From Xylella taiwanensis (GTDB lineage Bacteria; Pseudomonadota; Gammaproteobacteria; Xanthomonadales; Xanthomonadaceae), in the NCBI RefSeq assembly GCF_013177435.1, contig NZ_CP053627.1, positions 510,001 through 542,000 on the forward strand: a DNA stretch of 32,000 nucleotides. Direction: 5' to 3'. This document shows positions 20,819-30,588 of this stretch, piece by piece. Position numbers and translations under genes: made by a program. Each line of letters starts with the position of its first letter. The first letter of the stretch is position 1. The notes beneath the pieces were generated by a model. The model did not search any database and had not been told where the DNA came from. It was given only the letters and a program-made list of their open reading frames with translations.

Positions 20819-20840
20819 TTTGCATATAATTTGCATATAA
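20819..20840. repeat. Perfect tandem duplication of an 11-mer (TTTGCATATAA x2)
   Basis: Read directly: tttgcatataa at 20819-20829 and again at 20830-20840, 61 nt from the end of repeat copy 1. Confidence 0.9.
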
Positions 20841-21093
20841 GTACCGGGCTTGCTGCTGGAGGAATCAGCGTACTGCCATAAGCATTCGGACAGGGCATCT
20901 CCATGTAGTGGTGGGCATCAGTGACGCTGCAGCGATGTTGACACTGTTGCAGAACGATCTGCGGTAATGCGGCAATGATGGCGGTATCTGCTGCTAATCC
21001 GGAGGCGCCGCCTCAATAGCCGGTTACATGCAGACACGATGCCAGGCCCAGGATGTGGACTGCGGAGTATCACCCAATCCCACATTTCCGCTA

Positions 21094-21850
21094 TCAGCGG
21101 CAATTCACCAAGCAGGTAATCAAAGATTTTGTTGTGACCCATGAGCGACGACAGTATTTTGTGCCACAGTATTTGGGTGAGATGACATACGTCGCAGTGC
21201 AGTCATTTCCAGTGATGTACAGGTTGTGCTTTGCCGAGTTTGGCAAAATGCGCTTAAAGCATTGGTATAATTCAATAGCTGTCTTGGAATACAAGGATTT
21301 CGATTCTGTCATTTGCCAGAATGGATGATGGCCAGTGCGGCTGAATTGATGTCGTCTTTCATCGCTGATGTTTAGGCGTTTAACTTCATTGATCCTGGCT
21401 ACAACCATGTAATTGATTACAAATACATGTTTATTCAGTGGTGCGTCTGCTTGATTGATGTGCATGCACTTAAGCACTTTTCGTTGATACAGTATTTGCG
21501 GCGATATCGTTGCTGGTCTGAATATCGTTGGCTTCATCAGTGACTATCGTGGTAGCCCATGGGTTAATTTCGATTTGGAACTGTCGTGCAAGCACAGGCA
21601 CTTGGACATAATTCGAGTGAGATTTGTACAAGGACTCAACGATGATTGGGCTGTGATCATGGTCTGGGACACACAGCATGATCACCTGTTTCTGGAGGTG
21701 TCCGTGCAGAGTATGTACATGATGTGATGTGCCACACCCCTGGGTGTGGATCGTAGTAGTGAAATATTCAAGTACAGCAATGCTACAGGGATGGCTCAGT
21801 ACGCTACTGCTAGCCAGAAACCCAGTTGATATACAGAATATCCTCGATTT
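21094..21850 (-). pseudogene. Frame-broken ORF remnants; faint resemblance to a calcineurin-like metallophosphoesterase (Icc/CpdA type); family call tentative
   Basis: Minus-strand fragments lie in three frames and are interrupted by stops: ...IEDILYINWVSG*, then ...HVHTLHGHLQKQVIMLCVPDHDHSPIIVE...FQIEINPWATTIVTDE..., then ...NKHVFVINYMVV...NLYITGNDCT... The order loosely mirrors phosphoesterase motifs (DxH, GD, GNHD/E, ..LDS.., HH, GHxH), but every motif is degenerate. The region is AT-rich. Confidence 0.2.
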
Positions 21851-23048
21851 TTTATTGCTTGACTGCCCTATGATCCGCTACAACGGATTCTGGATCGATT
21901 TCAAAATGATCGCTTAGATTGTTGCGTCGAGGTTGATCCATTCGCACGTATGCTTGTATTGCTCGAAGATTAGTCTCTGCTATCCGGAGGACTTGACATC
22001 CGTTCGCTGGTTCCTCCTATATGGAGCAAGCGAAACGTCTGCACCAGTATGCGATGAGTACAGTGCAGGTGTTTGTTTTTAATCTGCTAATCACATCCAA
22101 GCATGCCAAACTACTCGATCCGGCCAAGCGAGTGATGAACCACTCTTTCGGTATGCGATGGTTGCGCTGAGAGAAACTTTTTCTTGTCGGTAATGCCTAA
22201 AGAACAGAATATGGGCGTAAGCGTGAGGGAGATCAGGTGAATTTTAACAAAACTTATTTTTGTTTATCCGACTTCTGTCCGAGTTTCATCACTATACATG
22301 GATGCGTGTTAATCAAGAATCGTTATTCAGATCGAGTGGGTAGTTGGATGGTTTGCCTGCTGCATATTCATTGTTCACCCAACTACATTTATGACTGTTA
22401 TTCCGAAGTTACGTCCACTCTTACATCTTTTTCTATGATTGAATTCAATCGTGTTAATGGAGTTTGCGGTTGTTCAGTATGCTGTAGGAGTTTCGCTTGT
22501 TCATTGCAATGGGTCAGTGCACTGTAATCTTCAATCCAAACGACTTTTAAAAATTGTCTTTATTATCCAGCCGAATTACGTGTGGCTTATACGCACTCAT
22601 GTGCTTGGCAGGGGCGACGCATCGATAAACCTGCCAAGTTAAGAGTTGCGGTAGCTCGATTGGTTGGGCACACACTCGGATATTATCAGAGCAGATAATA
22701 ACTACTTCGGTCCGTACGTGGAGCGTAAGGTATTATGGAGTGTTTTTTCTACGATACGTGGTGGTACCTCACTGCACTGTGAAATCACAAAATATGCTTG
22801 CATGTCAGCGGCGCGTTGATGCTGGTATGTGTGATGTTGTTGTGACACGCCCCTTGTGTTTAGCTATCAGCTCATGACGTGTGCTGCGTTGTTGATTGTG
22901 CATGTTAGTCAATCGTCCCTTCCCACGTTGTGCTAGACGAACTGTCCAGCAGTCCGGAAGGGATTGCACCTCCACCCCTGTTCGTTGCCATGCATCATGC
23001 ATATAGTATGGAAAAGCATTTCTCTGGTGTTAGTGATTCACCATAAAT

Positions 23049-23060
23049 GGGGGGGGGGGG
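23049..23060. repeat. Homopolymeric G12 tract (C12 on the minus strand)
   Basis: Read directly: ataaat-GGGGGGGGGGGG-ctccat. It is intergenic, about 200 nt downstream of the FadL-family gene stop. Confidence 0.95.
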
Positions 23061-23064
23061 CTCC

Positions 23065-23111
23065 ATTAGTGGCGGACGCGTTTTTGCTGACGGTCCGCGC
23101 GTAGCACTAAT
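23065..23111. other. Imperfect inverted repeat/hairpin next to the G12 tract
   Basis: ATTAGTG-GCGGAC (23065-23077) pairs with GTCCGC (23093-23098) and CACTAAT (23105-23111), with a 6-nt bulge. The loop is gcgtttttgctgacg. No U-tract follows on either strand. Confidence 0.5.
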
Positions 23112-23259
23112 ATGTACGATGTGTTGCTATTGGCGGTATTTGATAGGCCAGTGAGGGCGCAGTGTATGGTTACTTGGTCGCTATCGGATACTGACTGTGG
23201 TGCAACCTTGAGAGGGCTCCCCTAAGTTTAGACGGATGACTTGGCAGTGTGCGCATTGA

Positions 23260-24591
23260 TCAGAACTTGTAGTTGATTGAAGCCGAAAGTAAGTCGGCAT
23301 TTACGTTATAATCACCGGCCAAGGTGCTACCTGTTGAGCTAATTTGCGCTACAGTCGGATTGCTGATAAACAGGTGCGCATAGCCGATGTTAAAATCTGT
23401 TTGCTTCGATGGTTTCCAAGTCAGGCCGAGCGAGAACCAAGTGCGACTGTTGTCCGGCACGCGTACGCCGCGGTACTTGGCGGTGGTTGGTGTCTGGTCA
23501 TAACCCAAGCCGCCGCGCAGAGTCAACATTTCGCTGCACCGATAGTCGGTTCCTAGCCCAACAAAAGTGCTGTCCCGATAGGAGAAGTTCAGCACGTTGT
23601 CGGGCTGATTTGATCCAAAGTCAATGGTCACTTTGTCGAACTTGCTCCAGGCAGTGCGAGTCATCTCAGCCATCACTGACCATCGGTCGTTAATGGTATG
23701 AGTGAAGCTCGCTGTTGCGCTGGCAGGCAGGCGGATCGTGGCCTTGCCTTTTGTATTGATGAATGTCCCCGGTGCAGCGACCGCCAGCACTGCAGCAGCG
23801 TTGCTAGGCACAGTAAAGTTGACGTTGCCGTTGTCGATTTTGTGTTCAACCTGAGAGCGGTAGCTGAAGCCAAGATGGGTGTTCTCATCGACGCTGAACA
23901 AGCCACCCAGCGTGAAGCCTCCTCTGGTATTGTTGCCTTTGATATGTGAGTAGCCATCGGCACTACCCGGGGCAAAGCTTGGTACACCAAGCGAAGCGAG
24001 AATGCTGCCGAAGTCGATTGCATTACTCAAATCCACGCTGAGACGCTCCGCAAACACTGCACCGCCGAACGACACGTATGGGTTGATGTCATAGGAAAGG
24101 GCTACGCCTAGGTCAATTGCTTGTAACTTGCTATTGATGCCTTGATAGCGTCCGGTCCAGTTGCGGCCATATTTGGTACTGAAACCGAACGGTACGTTGA
24201 GCGATGTCCCCAAATGTAAGTTGTTGTTATCTCCAAAAGGTATATGGAAATAGGACACAGGCAGCAGCGCCACCATGCCGGCATCACCACCATTGTCGCC
24301 GCTGATTGAGCTACCATTGCTGTAAACCCCTGGGGCCCCACGATACTTGGCGGAAAATCTGACCGTGCTCAGATCGGCTTGGAATTGTCGGCCGTCTAAT
24401 TGGCGCATGCCAGCCGGGTTGTTGACGATGATGGCTGCGTCGCCCGAGGCACTTGCCGCGCCTGCGAACGAACGGCCCAGAGCCTTGGCACTGTTTTCCT
24501 TTAATTGGAAGGCAGCGGCGTGAGCTTGACTCACGTAAAGCACGCTAGCGATTGAAGTAAGGCGAATTACAGTAAAAACGCTTCTAATCAT
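23260..24591 (-). CDS. FadL/OmpP1/TodX-family outer-membrane transporter for hydrophobic compounds
   Basis: It has a signal peptide ending SQAHA|AAF and the family N-terminal hatch motif FQLKENSAKALGRSFAGAASASGDAAIIVNNPAGM. The alternating beta-strand pattern ends ...SASINYKF. An AGGAGA Shine-Dalgarno lies 6 nt before the ATG. Confidence 0.85.
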   Translation of the reverse strand: MIRSVFTVIRLTSIASVLYVSQAHAAAFQLKENSAKALGRSFAGAASASGDAAIIVNNPAGMRQLDGRQFQADLSTVRFSAKYRGAPGVYSNGSSISGDNGGDAGMVALLPVSYFHIPFGDNNNLHLGTSLNVPFGFSTKYGRNWTGRYQGINSKLQAIDLGVALSYDINPYVSFGGAVFAERLSVDLSNAIDFGSILASLGVPSFAPGSADGYSHIKGNNTRGGFTLGGLFSVDENTHLGFSYRSQVEHKIDNGNVNFTVPSNAAAVLAVAAPGTFINTKGKATIRLPASATASFTHTINDRWSVMAEMTRTAWSKFDKVTIDFGSNQPDNVLNFSYRDSTFVGLGTDYRCSEMLTLRGGLGYDQTPTTAKYRGVRVPDNSRTWFSLGLTWKPSKQTDFNIGYAHLFISNPTVAQISSTGSTLAGDYNVNADLLSASINYKF

Positions 24592-24804
24592 GCGGTGTTC
24601 TCCTGTTGAAAGACCTCTGCTTGGGTGTGTCTTAGGTGCCTGTTTTGCTATCTGGCTAAAACTAGTCAGTAGATGCCTGAGTCCCTTTCGATGGACTTAT
24701 TGATGCTGTACTGCAAGTACACGTGAGATGCTAACTACAATATAGTAGGCGATTGTAGGTATACGGAATTGGTGATCGTTCCCAAGTTGGTATTGTGCCA
24801 ACCT

Positions 24805-25497
24805 ATGTTTGTATCTATTCCTTCACGCAATCGACCGATTTGGCGTTGGGCGGTCCCATTGCTTTTTGTCGCTGTATCGATCACTTTCCTGTGGTCGATC
24901 TGTAGGCCAGGACAAGCACGCAGTACGCTGTGGCTGGATTGGGGGGCACTGTCGGGTGGCTTCTCTCGTCCACGTGACTTGTGGGCAACCTTGCAAGGCG
25001 GCAGTTTGATGCGTCTGTTTACCGCCCTGTTTCTCCACGCCGACTGGGCTCATTTGTTAGGTAACCTCGTGTTCCTGCTGATCTTTGGGTTGCCAGCCGA
25101 ACGCATCCTCGGGTCGTGGCGGTTACTGTTGCTGTTTCTGCTTGGCGGCGCATTGGCTAACTTGGCTGCAGTATTGACCATCGGTAGCCCGAATCACGTG
25201 ATTATCGGCGCTTCTGGTGCAGTTTCGGCGCTCATCGGTAGTTACTTGGCGTTGTTTCCAGGAGCTAAGTTAGGAGTGGTATTGCCGTTGGGTCTATTTC
25301 TAGAGTTTATCCGGGTTCCAGCGCCTCTTCTCATCGGAGTTTGGGCGCTGCTGCAGGTAGTATTTGCCTACACTGGCCCGGCTTTGGGTATGGTAGCTTG
25401 GTCGGCGCACCTGGCAGGGTTTGTATCTGGTGTTGTCTACGGGGGCTGTGTACGCGCGGCAATTGTGCGGCGGCTGCGTCAGCGACACGGGTTCTGA
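24805..25497 (+). CDS. Rhomboid-family intramembrane serine protease
   Basis: The multi-pass membrane protein has the rhomboid motifs HADWAHLLGN, GASGAVSALIG (catalytic Ser) and AHLAGFVSG (catalytic His). The start is taken at the first ATG (24805). A TTG at 24769 is also open. Confidence 0.85.
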   Translation: MFVSIPSRNRPIWRWAVPLLFVAVSITFLWSICRPGQARSTLWLDWGALSGGFSRPRDLWATLQGGSLMRLFTALFLHADWAHLLGNLVFLLIFGLPAERILGSWRLLLLFLLGGALANLAAVLTIGSPNHVIIGASGAVSALIGSYLALFPGAKLGVVLPLGLFLEFIRVPAPLLIGVWALLQVVFAYTGPALGMVAWSAHLAGFVSGVVYGGCVRAAIVRRLRQRHGF

Positions 25498-25593
25498 ACG
25501 TGTGCCCACCGTGGTGGCAATATGCGTAGCACTACATGAAATGTATAGCCAACCGAAGAAGAAGGGACAACAGATGGCCGTATAATGCATCGC

Positions 25594-25914
25594 ATGTCAA
25601 AAACGCTGTACAAAATTACTTTCGTCAATCATGGCAAGCTTTATGAGTTGTATGCGCGACGCGTGATCAGCAGTCATCTATGGGGTTTCAACGAGATCAG
25701 CGAGTTGGTGTTTGATATGCATGGCGGGCTTGTGGTCGATCCCATTGAGGAACAGTTGCGCTATGAGTTTGCCAACACTAAAACTTTGCATCTGCCAATG
25801 CAGAGCATCGTGCGTGTCGAAGAAGTGGATAAGAAAGGCCAGTCTGTTATTCGTGATGCGGATACTGGTGAGAAGGTTGTGACCCCTTTTCTGGCACCAT
25901 TCAAACCACGCTGA
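25594..25914 (+). CDS. DUF1820-family small protein
   Basis: MSKTLYKITFVNHGKLYELYARRVISSHLWGFNEISELVF...VDPIEEQL..EF....LHLPMQSIVRVEEV resembles the conserved DUF1820 pattern as I remember it (YKV.F.NQG.VYE.YA....S.L.GF.E.E..VF). The start is taken at the second ATG. The first (25585) overlaps a TATAAT box. Confidence 0.7.
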   Translation: MSKTLYKITFVNHGKLYELYARRVISSHLWGFNEISELVFDMHGGLVVDPIEEQLRYEFANTKTLHLPMQSIVRVEEVDKKGQSVIRDADTGEKVVTPFLAPFKPR

Positions 25915-26630
25915 TGTCAATGATTATGTTGTCGCTGATGTGGTTAGGGCACGCAATACTTTTTCTTTCGTAAACTATCGATATAGTTTTTATCATTCAA
26001 ATGCCATTGGTGGTCAGAGTGATTGTATTGCGTGCAGGTGAGGATTGAGAGATACCCAATACAGATCGAACATGGGTGTTCTCATCACATGTTTTGTGTG
26101 TTTTTCTGCTCGATATCACACGTGCAGTACTGCCATAGATGAGATATCTCTATGATGTTTGTTTCACTGACTGATAAATCCATTGATTTCCACGGCTCCC
26201 TTACATTTCATCTGGATCTGCAACAAGGGCGAGAAAACGATCAGAGTTGAACTCGTATTGCGGTAGCTTATAGCGCCGCCCATATCATACAGAGCAATGT
26301 ATCACTCAATATATTCACGCGCACCCGCTCATAGCAATCGAACGGTGTTCATTTGTTTGAATATGTAGTGCCATGATCAACCTGGGTTATGCAACTGTAT
26401 GGACCGGCACTCAAACCGTCTTACTTAAGGATCAACGTCGTAAGACATGGTGGGTAGCGGGAGCTATGTATTTCCCCTTATCTATATCAATGAACTGTGA
26501 GAATTGCTTTTCAGGATGTTTTTGAATACATGTGGATTAGTACGGAATGCCCACTTTTGAATCAGGTGGACCGATACAGGAGAGAAATATTGTGTATTTT
26601 CCGATACCGAATCTGCGTCCTCTTCTGGGC

Positions 26631-26659
26631 AGACACAGTGTTAGGCAATGTGTGATAAT
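26631..26659 (+). promoter_or_regulatory. Candidate sigma-70 promoter of rnpB
   Basis: The -35 is aGACAc (26631-26636), followed by a 17-nt spacer and the extended -10 TGtGATAAT (26651-26659). The predicted start about 7 nt downstream coincides with the 5' strand of the P1 stem. Confidence 0.45.
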
Positions 26660-26665
26660 GACCAA

Positions 26666-27021
26666 CGGTGAAGTCGGCTGGGCAGCCGCGTCATCCGAGA
26701 GGATGCCGAGGAAAGTCCGGGCTCCATAGGGCAAGGTGCCAGGTAATACCTGGGCGGCGTGAGTCGACGGAAAGTGCAACAGAAAGATACCGCCAATGTT
26801 CCTTTACAGGATTTGGTAAGGGTGAAATGGTGCGGTAAGAGCGCACCGCGAGTCCGGTGACGGACCGGCACGGCAAACCCCACCTGGAGCAAGACCAAAT
26901 AGGGATCCGATGGTGTGGCCCGCGCTGGATCCGGGTAGGTTGCTTGAGCACCGTGGTGACACTGTGCCTAGATGAATGGCTGTCCATGACAGAACCCGGC
27001 TTATAGGCCGGCTTCACCGTT
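26666..27021 (+). ncRNA. rnpB: RNase P RNA, bacterial type A
   Basis: It aligns with E. coli M1 RNA landmarks: GAGGAAAGTCCGGGCTCCATAGGGCAaGGTGCCAGGTAA, AGTGCAACAGAaAG, GGTAAGGGTGAAAtGGTGCGGTAAGAGCGCACCG, CCTAGATGAATGgCTGTCCAtGACAGAACCCGGCTTATaGG. The P1 stem pairs cggtgaagtcggc (26666-26678) with gccggcttcaccg (27007-27019). Confidence 0.93.
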
Positions 27022-27472
27022 TCCCCATTAATAATGTGTGCGGTTAACTTCCCAAGTTTTGTTCGCTGATTAAATCAATGCCATGCAGCGATCAGACCCG
27101 ATGACGGTCTGTATCTGATCAGAGAACTGCAACGTTGTACTCACATCTTCGGCTGCAAATGTCCAGTTGGCCTCAAAGCGTGATCGGTAAAGTTAAAGTT
27201 TGTGTCGTGCGCCACGGAATTTTTTATCGCCCGCATAGACGGCTGGTATCTGAATATTTGTAGATTTTCACATCGCTTTGGATCAGCTGCTCCAACTTAA
27301 TGCTGGGTATTATCTACTTCGTGACCAGGGGAGGCTGGCTGTGTCTGACAGTGGTGATCAATAAAAACATTGATATGTTGGTCAATTCCATGTTTCCCCG
27401 TATCAGTTTTGAAGATTTGCTATCACTTTCAAAGCCATCAGACAAAATCACCCAAGTAGATCGGACACCAAT

Positions 27473-28273
27473 TCAATCAGCCTGATTCACTAAATTGACG
27501 AGTTCCTCCTTGTCGAAACCAGCGAGTAACCGTGCTTCCAGATTGAATGGTTGATGCAAGTATCCTCTAGCATACTCGCGCAAAAGTACTTTGAAATGCG
27601 TATATGGCTCCACACCAATGTGTGTGCAGTACCAGCGATACCAGCGTGAGCCAGCTGCGACGTGAGCCACCTCTTCACGCAGGATAATTTCTAAGATGTC
27701 GGCGGTGGCGTCATCGCCCAACGCGCGTAGCTTAGCGATCATCCCTGGAGTCACATCCAGGCTGCGTGCTTCCAACACCCTTGGTACCAATGCCATGCGT
27801 GCTAGACCGTCATGTGCAGTTTTCTCGCACATTTCCCACAGGCCATTGTGTGCATCGAAGTCGCCGTAGTCGTAACCGAGGGCATGTAATCGCCCACGTA
27901 GCAGTGTGAAATGACGCGATTCGTCATCGGCCACATTCACCCAGTCGGCATAAAATGCTTGCGGCAAGCCGCGAAAGCGGTAAACCGCGTCCCAAGCCAA
28001 GTCGATCGCATTCAGTTCAATGTGTACGATTGCATGCACAAATGCGGCACGCCCTGCGTTGCTGCCCAGGCCACGCTGTGGTAGTGCGCGCGGATGCACT
28101 AGATGCGGTCGTGCCGGGCGCCCTGGCATGGCGATCGGCACCGGAGGCGGTGCTTCAGTTGGTAGTTTAAGCTGTCCCAGGCGAAACGCGGCAGCGTAGT
28201 GATGGGTTAATGCGACCTTCGCCTCCGGGGCGGCGGCCCGCAAGCAGGCCCAGGCGGCTTGCAACAGATCCAC
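27473..28273 (-). CDS. DUF455 ferritin-like (putative di-iron) protein
   Basis: The 266-aa ORF has a GTG start with an AAGGGA Shine-Dalgarno-like element upstream. Four carboxylate/His motifs are spaced as in ferritin-like di-iron proteins: HIELNAIDL, DESRHF, LEARSLD, REEVAHV. The overall pattern matches DUF455 as I recall it. Confidence 0.75.
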   Translation of the reverse strand: MDLLQAAWACLRAAAPEAKVALTHHYAAAFRLGQLKLPTEAPPPVPIAMPGRPARPHLVHPRALPQRGLGSNAGRAAFVHAIVHIELNAIDLAWDAVYRFRGLPQAFYADWVNVADDESRHFTLLRGRLHALGYDYGDFDAHNGLWEMCEKTAHDGLARMALVPRVLEARSLDVTPGMIAKLRALGDDATADILEIILREEVAHVAAGSRWYRWYCTHIGVEPYTHFKVLLREYARGYLHQPFNLEARLLAGFDKEELVNLVNQAD

Positions 28274-28618
28274 AGTGTTCCCTTATTTCGGATGCTAGCG
28301 CATATTGCTCTGATAGTTTGCATCATAGCTAGCGGCTCGAACCATGTCAGGCCATTGGTGCCAAGTAGATGCGTGTTTATGCATTCCTTGGGTGCGACGA
28401 AGACAAAGATTTCATAATTCACACGCTTAAGAGTTGGACTTGTAACGATGTCGCACCGGTCTTCATCGCTTATTTGCCGCAGTAATGGGTTTGAGATCAC
28501 TATTAAAACTAATTAATTCGTCTCCTCCACTTTTTCAGATATCTATTTTCATGGACAGTGTGCTTCCCAGAAATCTGGGGCAGGAAAGATCTGGCAGGTA
28601 GTCGTTGAAGGGATGTCG

Positions 28619-29078
28619 CATCACTCTGCTGCGGCGTTGCTGAAGACAGTTGAAACTGAAATGAAGTGCTGTGTTGCAGTGGTGCGACGAGATGTTCTGT
28701 TCGCCCCAGTGGTAGTGAGTATTCGAGCGGACAGCAGTTCTCGTCGTGTTGGAGTTGATCGTGCTGGTTATGTAGGGAGTGTGTGCCTCCCCATATGTGT
28801 TGTACGCGATGCTCAGTAGCGTGGGACTGATAGTCCTGTACATGTGCTGATGTGGTACAGCACTGGACATGAACAGCGATGATTATTGAATAGCGCACCT
28901 CTTGGTGAACAGCCTCTGTTGAGGTGACGGCTGCGTATTTCGAAGGGCTGTCGAGTGACGTACTGTCGGTGGAACCCATTGAGATCGTTTTGGGATGCCG
29001 CGGTGTGGTCTGTGATGAATACGATGTTGGCTTCAGCCTATGTCACCCCTGGACTATCCCTGGTCCAGGGGTAGAACA
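28619..29078. repeat. Direct repeat R, copy 2 (460 bp, non-coding), 59 nt downstream of pyrH
   Basis: It is identical to 20299-20758. The terminal hairpin lies at 29046-29071. Flanking sequences are unrelated to those of copy 1. Confidence 0.95.
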
Positions 29079-29137
29079 GGGCATGTCGATGACAACAAAG
29101 CCAAGCAAGCGCCTTTACATGGGTATACCATCGTTTT

Positions 29138-29869
29138 TTAGCCCCCTGAGTTGCGGCCCTTGACCAAGGTGCCAATCTCCTCGCCGTGCAGGATGCGTAA
29201 TAGCACGCCTGGTTGCTCGATGTCGAAGATGCGTAATGGTAGGTTGCTGTCACGTGCTAGTGCGAAGGCGGCGGTGTCCATCACTTCCAGGTTCTTAGAG
29301 ATGACTTCGTCGTAAGTCAGCATGCTGTACTTGACTGCGTCGTCGTGCTTTTCTGGATCTTTGTTGTAGATGCCATCAACCTTGGTGGCCTTTAACAGCA
29401 AGTCTGCGCCGATTTCAATTGCGCGTAGCGCTGCACCCGAATCGGTGGTGAAAAACGGATTGCCAATGCCAGCTGCGAAAATTGTGATACGGCTCTTCTC
29501 CAAGTGGCGGATTGCACGGCGGCGTATGAAGTCTTCGCATACGTTGTTGATTCTGATCGCGCTCATCACTCGCACTTTGGCGCCGAGTTTTTCCAGTGCG
29601 TCTTGCATTGCCAATGCGTTCATTATCGTAGCTAGCATACCCATGTGGTCACCGGTCACGCGGTCCATCCCTTTGGCAGCCAGACCTGCGCCACGGAAGA
29701 TGTTACCACCACCGAGGACCAAAGCTAACTCGGCACCAGCATTTTGCGCCTCAATGACTTCGCGCGCCAATCGGTTAATGACATTCGGATCAATGCCGTA
29801 GTCTGCATTCCCCATCAACGCCTCTCCTGAAAGTTTGAGAAGAACGCGGCGATAGGCGAGTTTGGACAT
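29138..29869 (-). CDS. pyrH: Uridylate (UMP) kinase
   Basis: The 243-aa ORF has [68 protein letters not shown] and [13 protein letters not shown]. Confidence 0.97.
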   Translation of the reverse strand: MSKLAYRRVLLKLSGEALMGNADYGIDPNVINRLAREVIEAQNAGAELALVLGGGNIFRGAGLAAKGMDRVTGDHMGMLATIMNALAMQDALEKLGAKVRVMSAIRINNVCEDFIRRRAIRHLEKSRITIFAAGIGNPFFTTDSGAALRAIEIGADLLLKATKVDGIYNKDPEKHDDAVKYSMLTYDEVISKNLEVMDTAAFALARDSNLPLRIFDIEQPGVLLRILHGEEIGTLVKGRNSGG

Positions 29870-30286
29870 GGGATATCTCGATTATTGAGGGGTAATTAAA
29901 CAATCTAATTTTAACGGAGGCTCACATGTTGTGCGGCGGGCAAAGGAACAACAAAGCAAGTTTGGTGGAGATGTGTCATCAAATGAGGCACAAGCACCTA
30001 TATGCAGTTATGCAGTTATTGTGCTTGACTTGGTACAGTGTTTTCTTTGGAAGTTTGCAAGGCGTGGCGATGCCAATGCAAACGACCTGATTGCCGCATA
30101 CCGTCAGCTAAGTAAGCGTTAAAGAAATGGTAAGCGCCCTTGTTATAACACGTGATTGTGGTGTCGTGCTGCTTGAATTTTCACAGGAAGTGTTCGATCA
30201 CATAACGGTGTCCTGACTATTTAAGGTTGCGCTTGTGGATATGTTGCACTTCGAGAAATCACGATGTGTTTTGATAAGACATGGCA

Positions 30287-30313
30287 GGTGCTTCCAAATA
30301 CTAGGGAAGCACC
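30287..30313. other. Perfect 9-bp-stem hairpin in ORF-free DNA
   Basis: GGTGCTTCC (30287-30295) pairs with GGAAGCACC (30305-30313), with a 9-nt loop aaatactag. No U-tract follows on either strand, so it is not called a terminator. Confidence 0.5.
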
Positions 30314-30588
30314 CTTGAGCAATACAGTATCGTTTGGATGATTAGGTGATTATTATGTGATTTTTGTGCCGATACACTTGTTGTTGCTTGGTAACAATAG
30401 TGTGATTCATTTTTACTGATCTTCTTGAAAAGCTTGGTGATGTCATATGGATGATTTATCAAACGGTTGAGTTAAGGATTCAAGCATTCCTTAGTTTCTT
30501 GACTGAAACATGACATGCGCCCAGTTGGTACATCTGTGTCCCCGGCGAGATAATTCAAAACAACACTTGAGCGCTGTTTAAGGTTAAT

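Noticed and set aside
26537-27017. ORFs of 60-108 aa on both strands overlapping 26537-27017
   Set aside because: The region is fully explained by RNase P RNA, and the ORFs are artefacts of the structured RNA gene.
28325-28350. tRNA T-loop-like GGTTCGAGCC on the minus strand
   Set aside because: Flanking bases cannot form the 5-bp T-stem (catgg versus cgcta). No acceptor or anticodon arms can be drawn.
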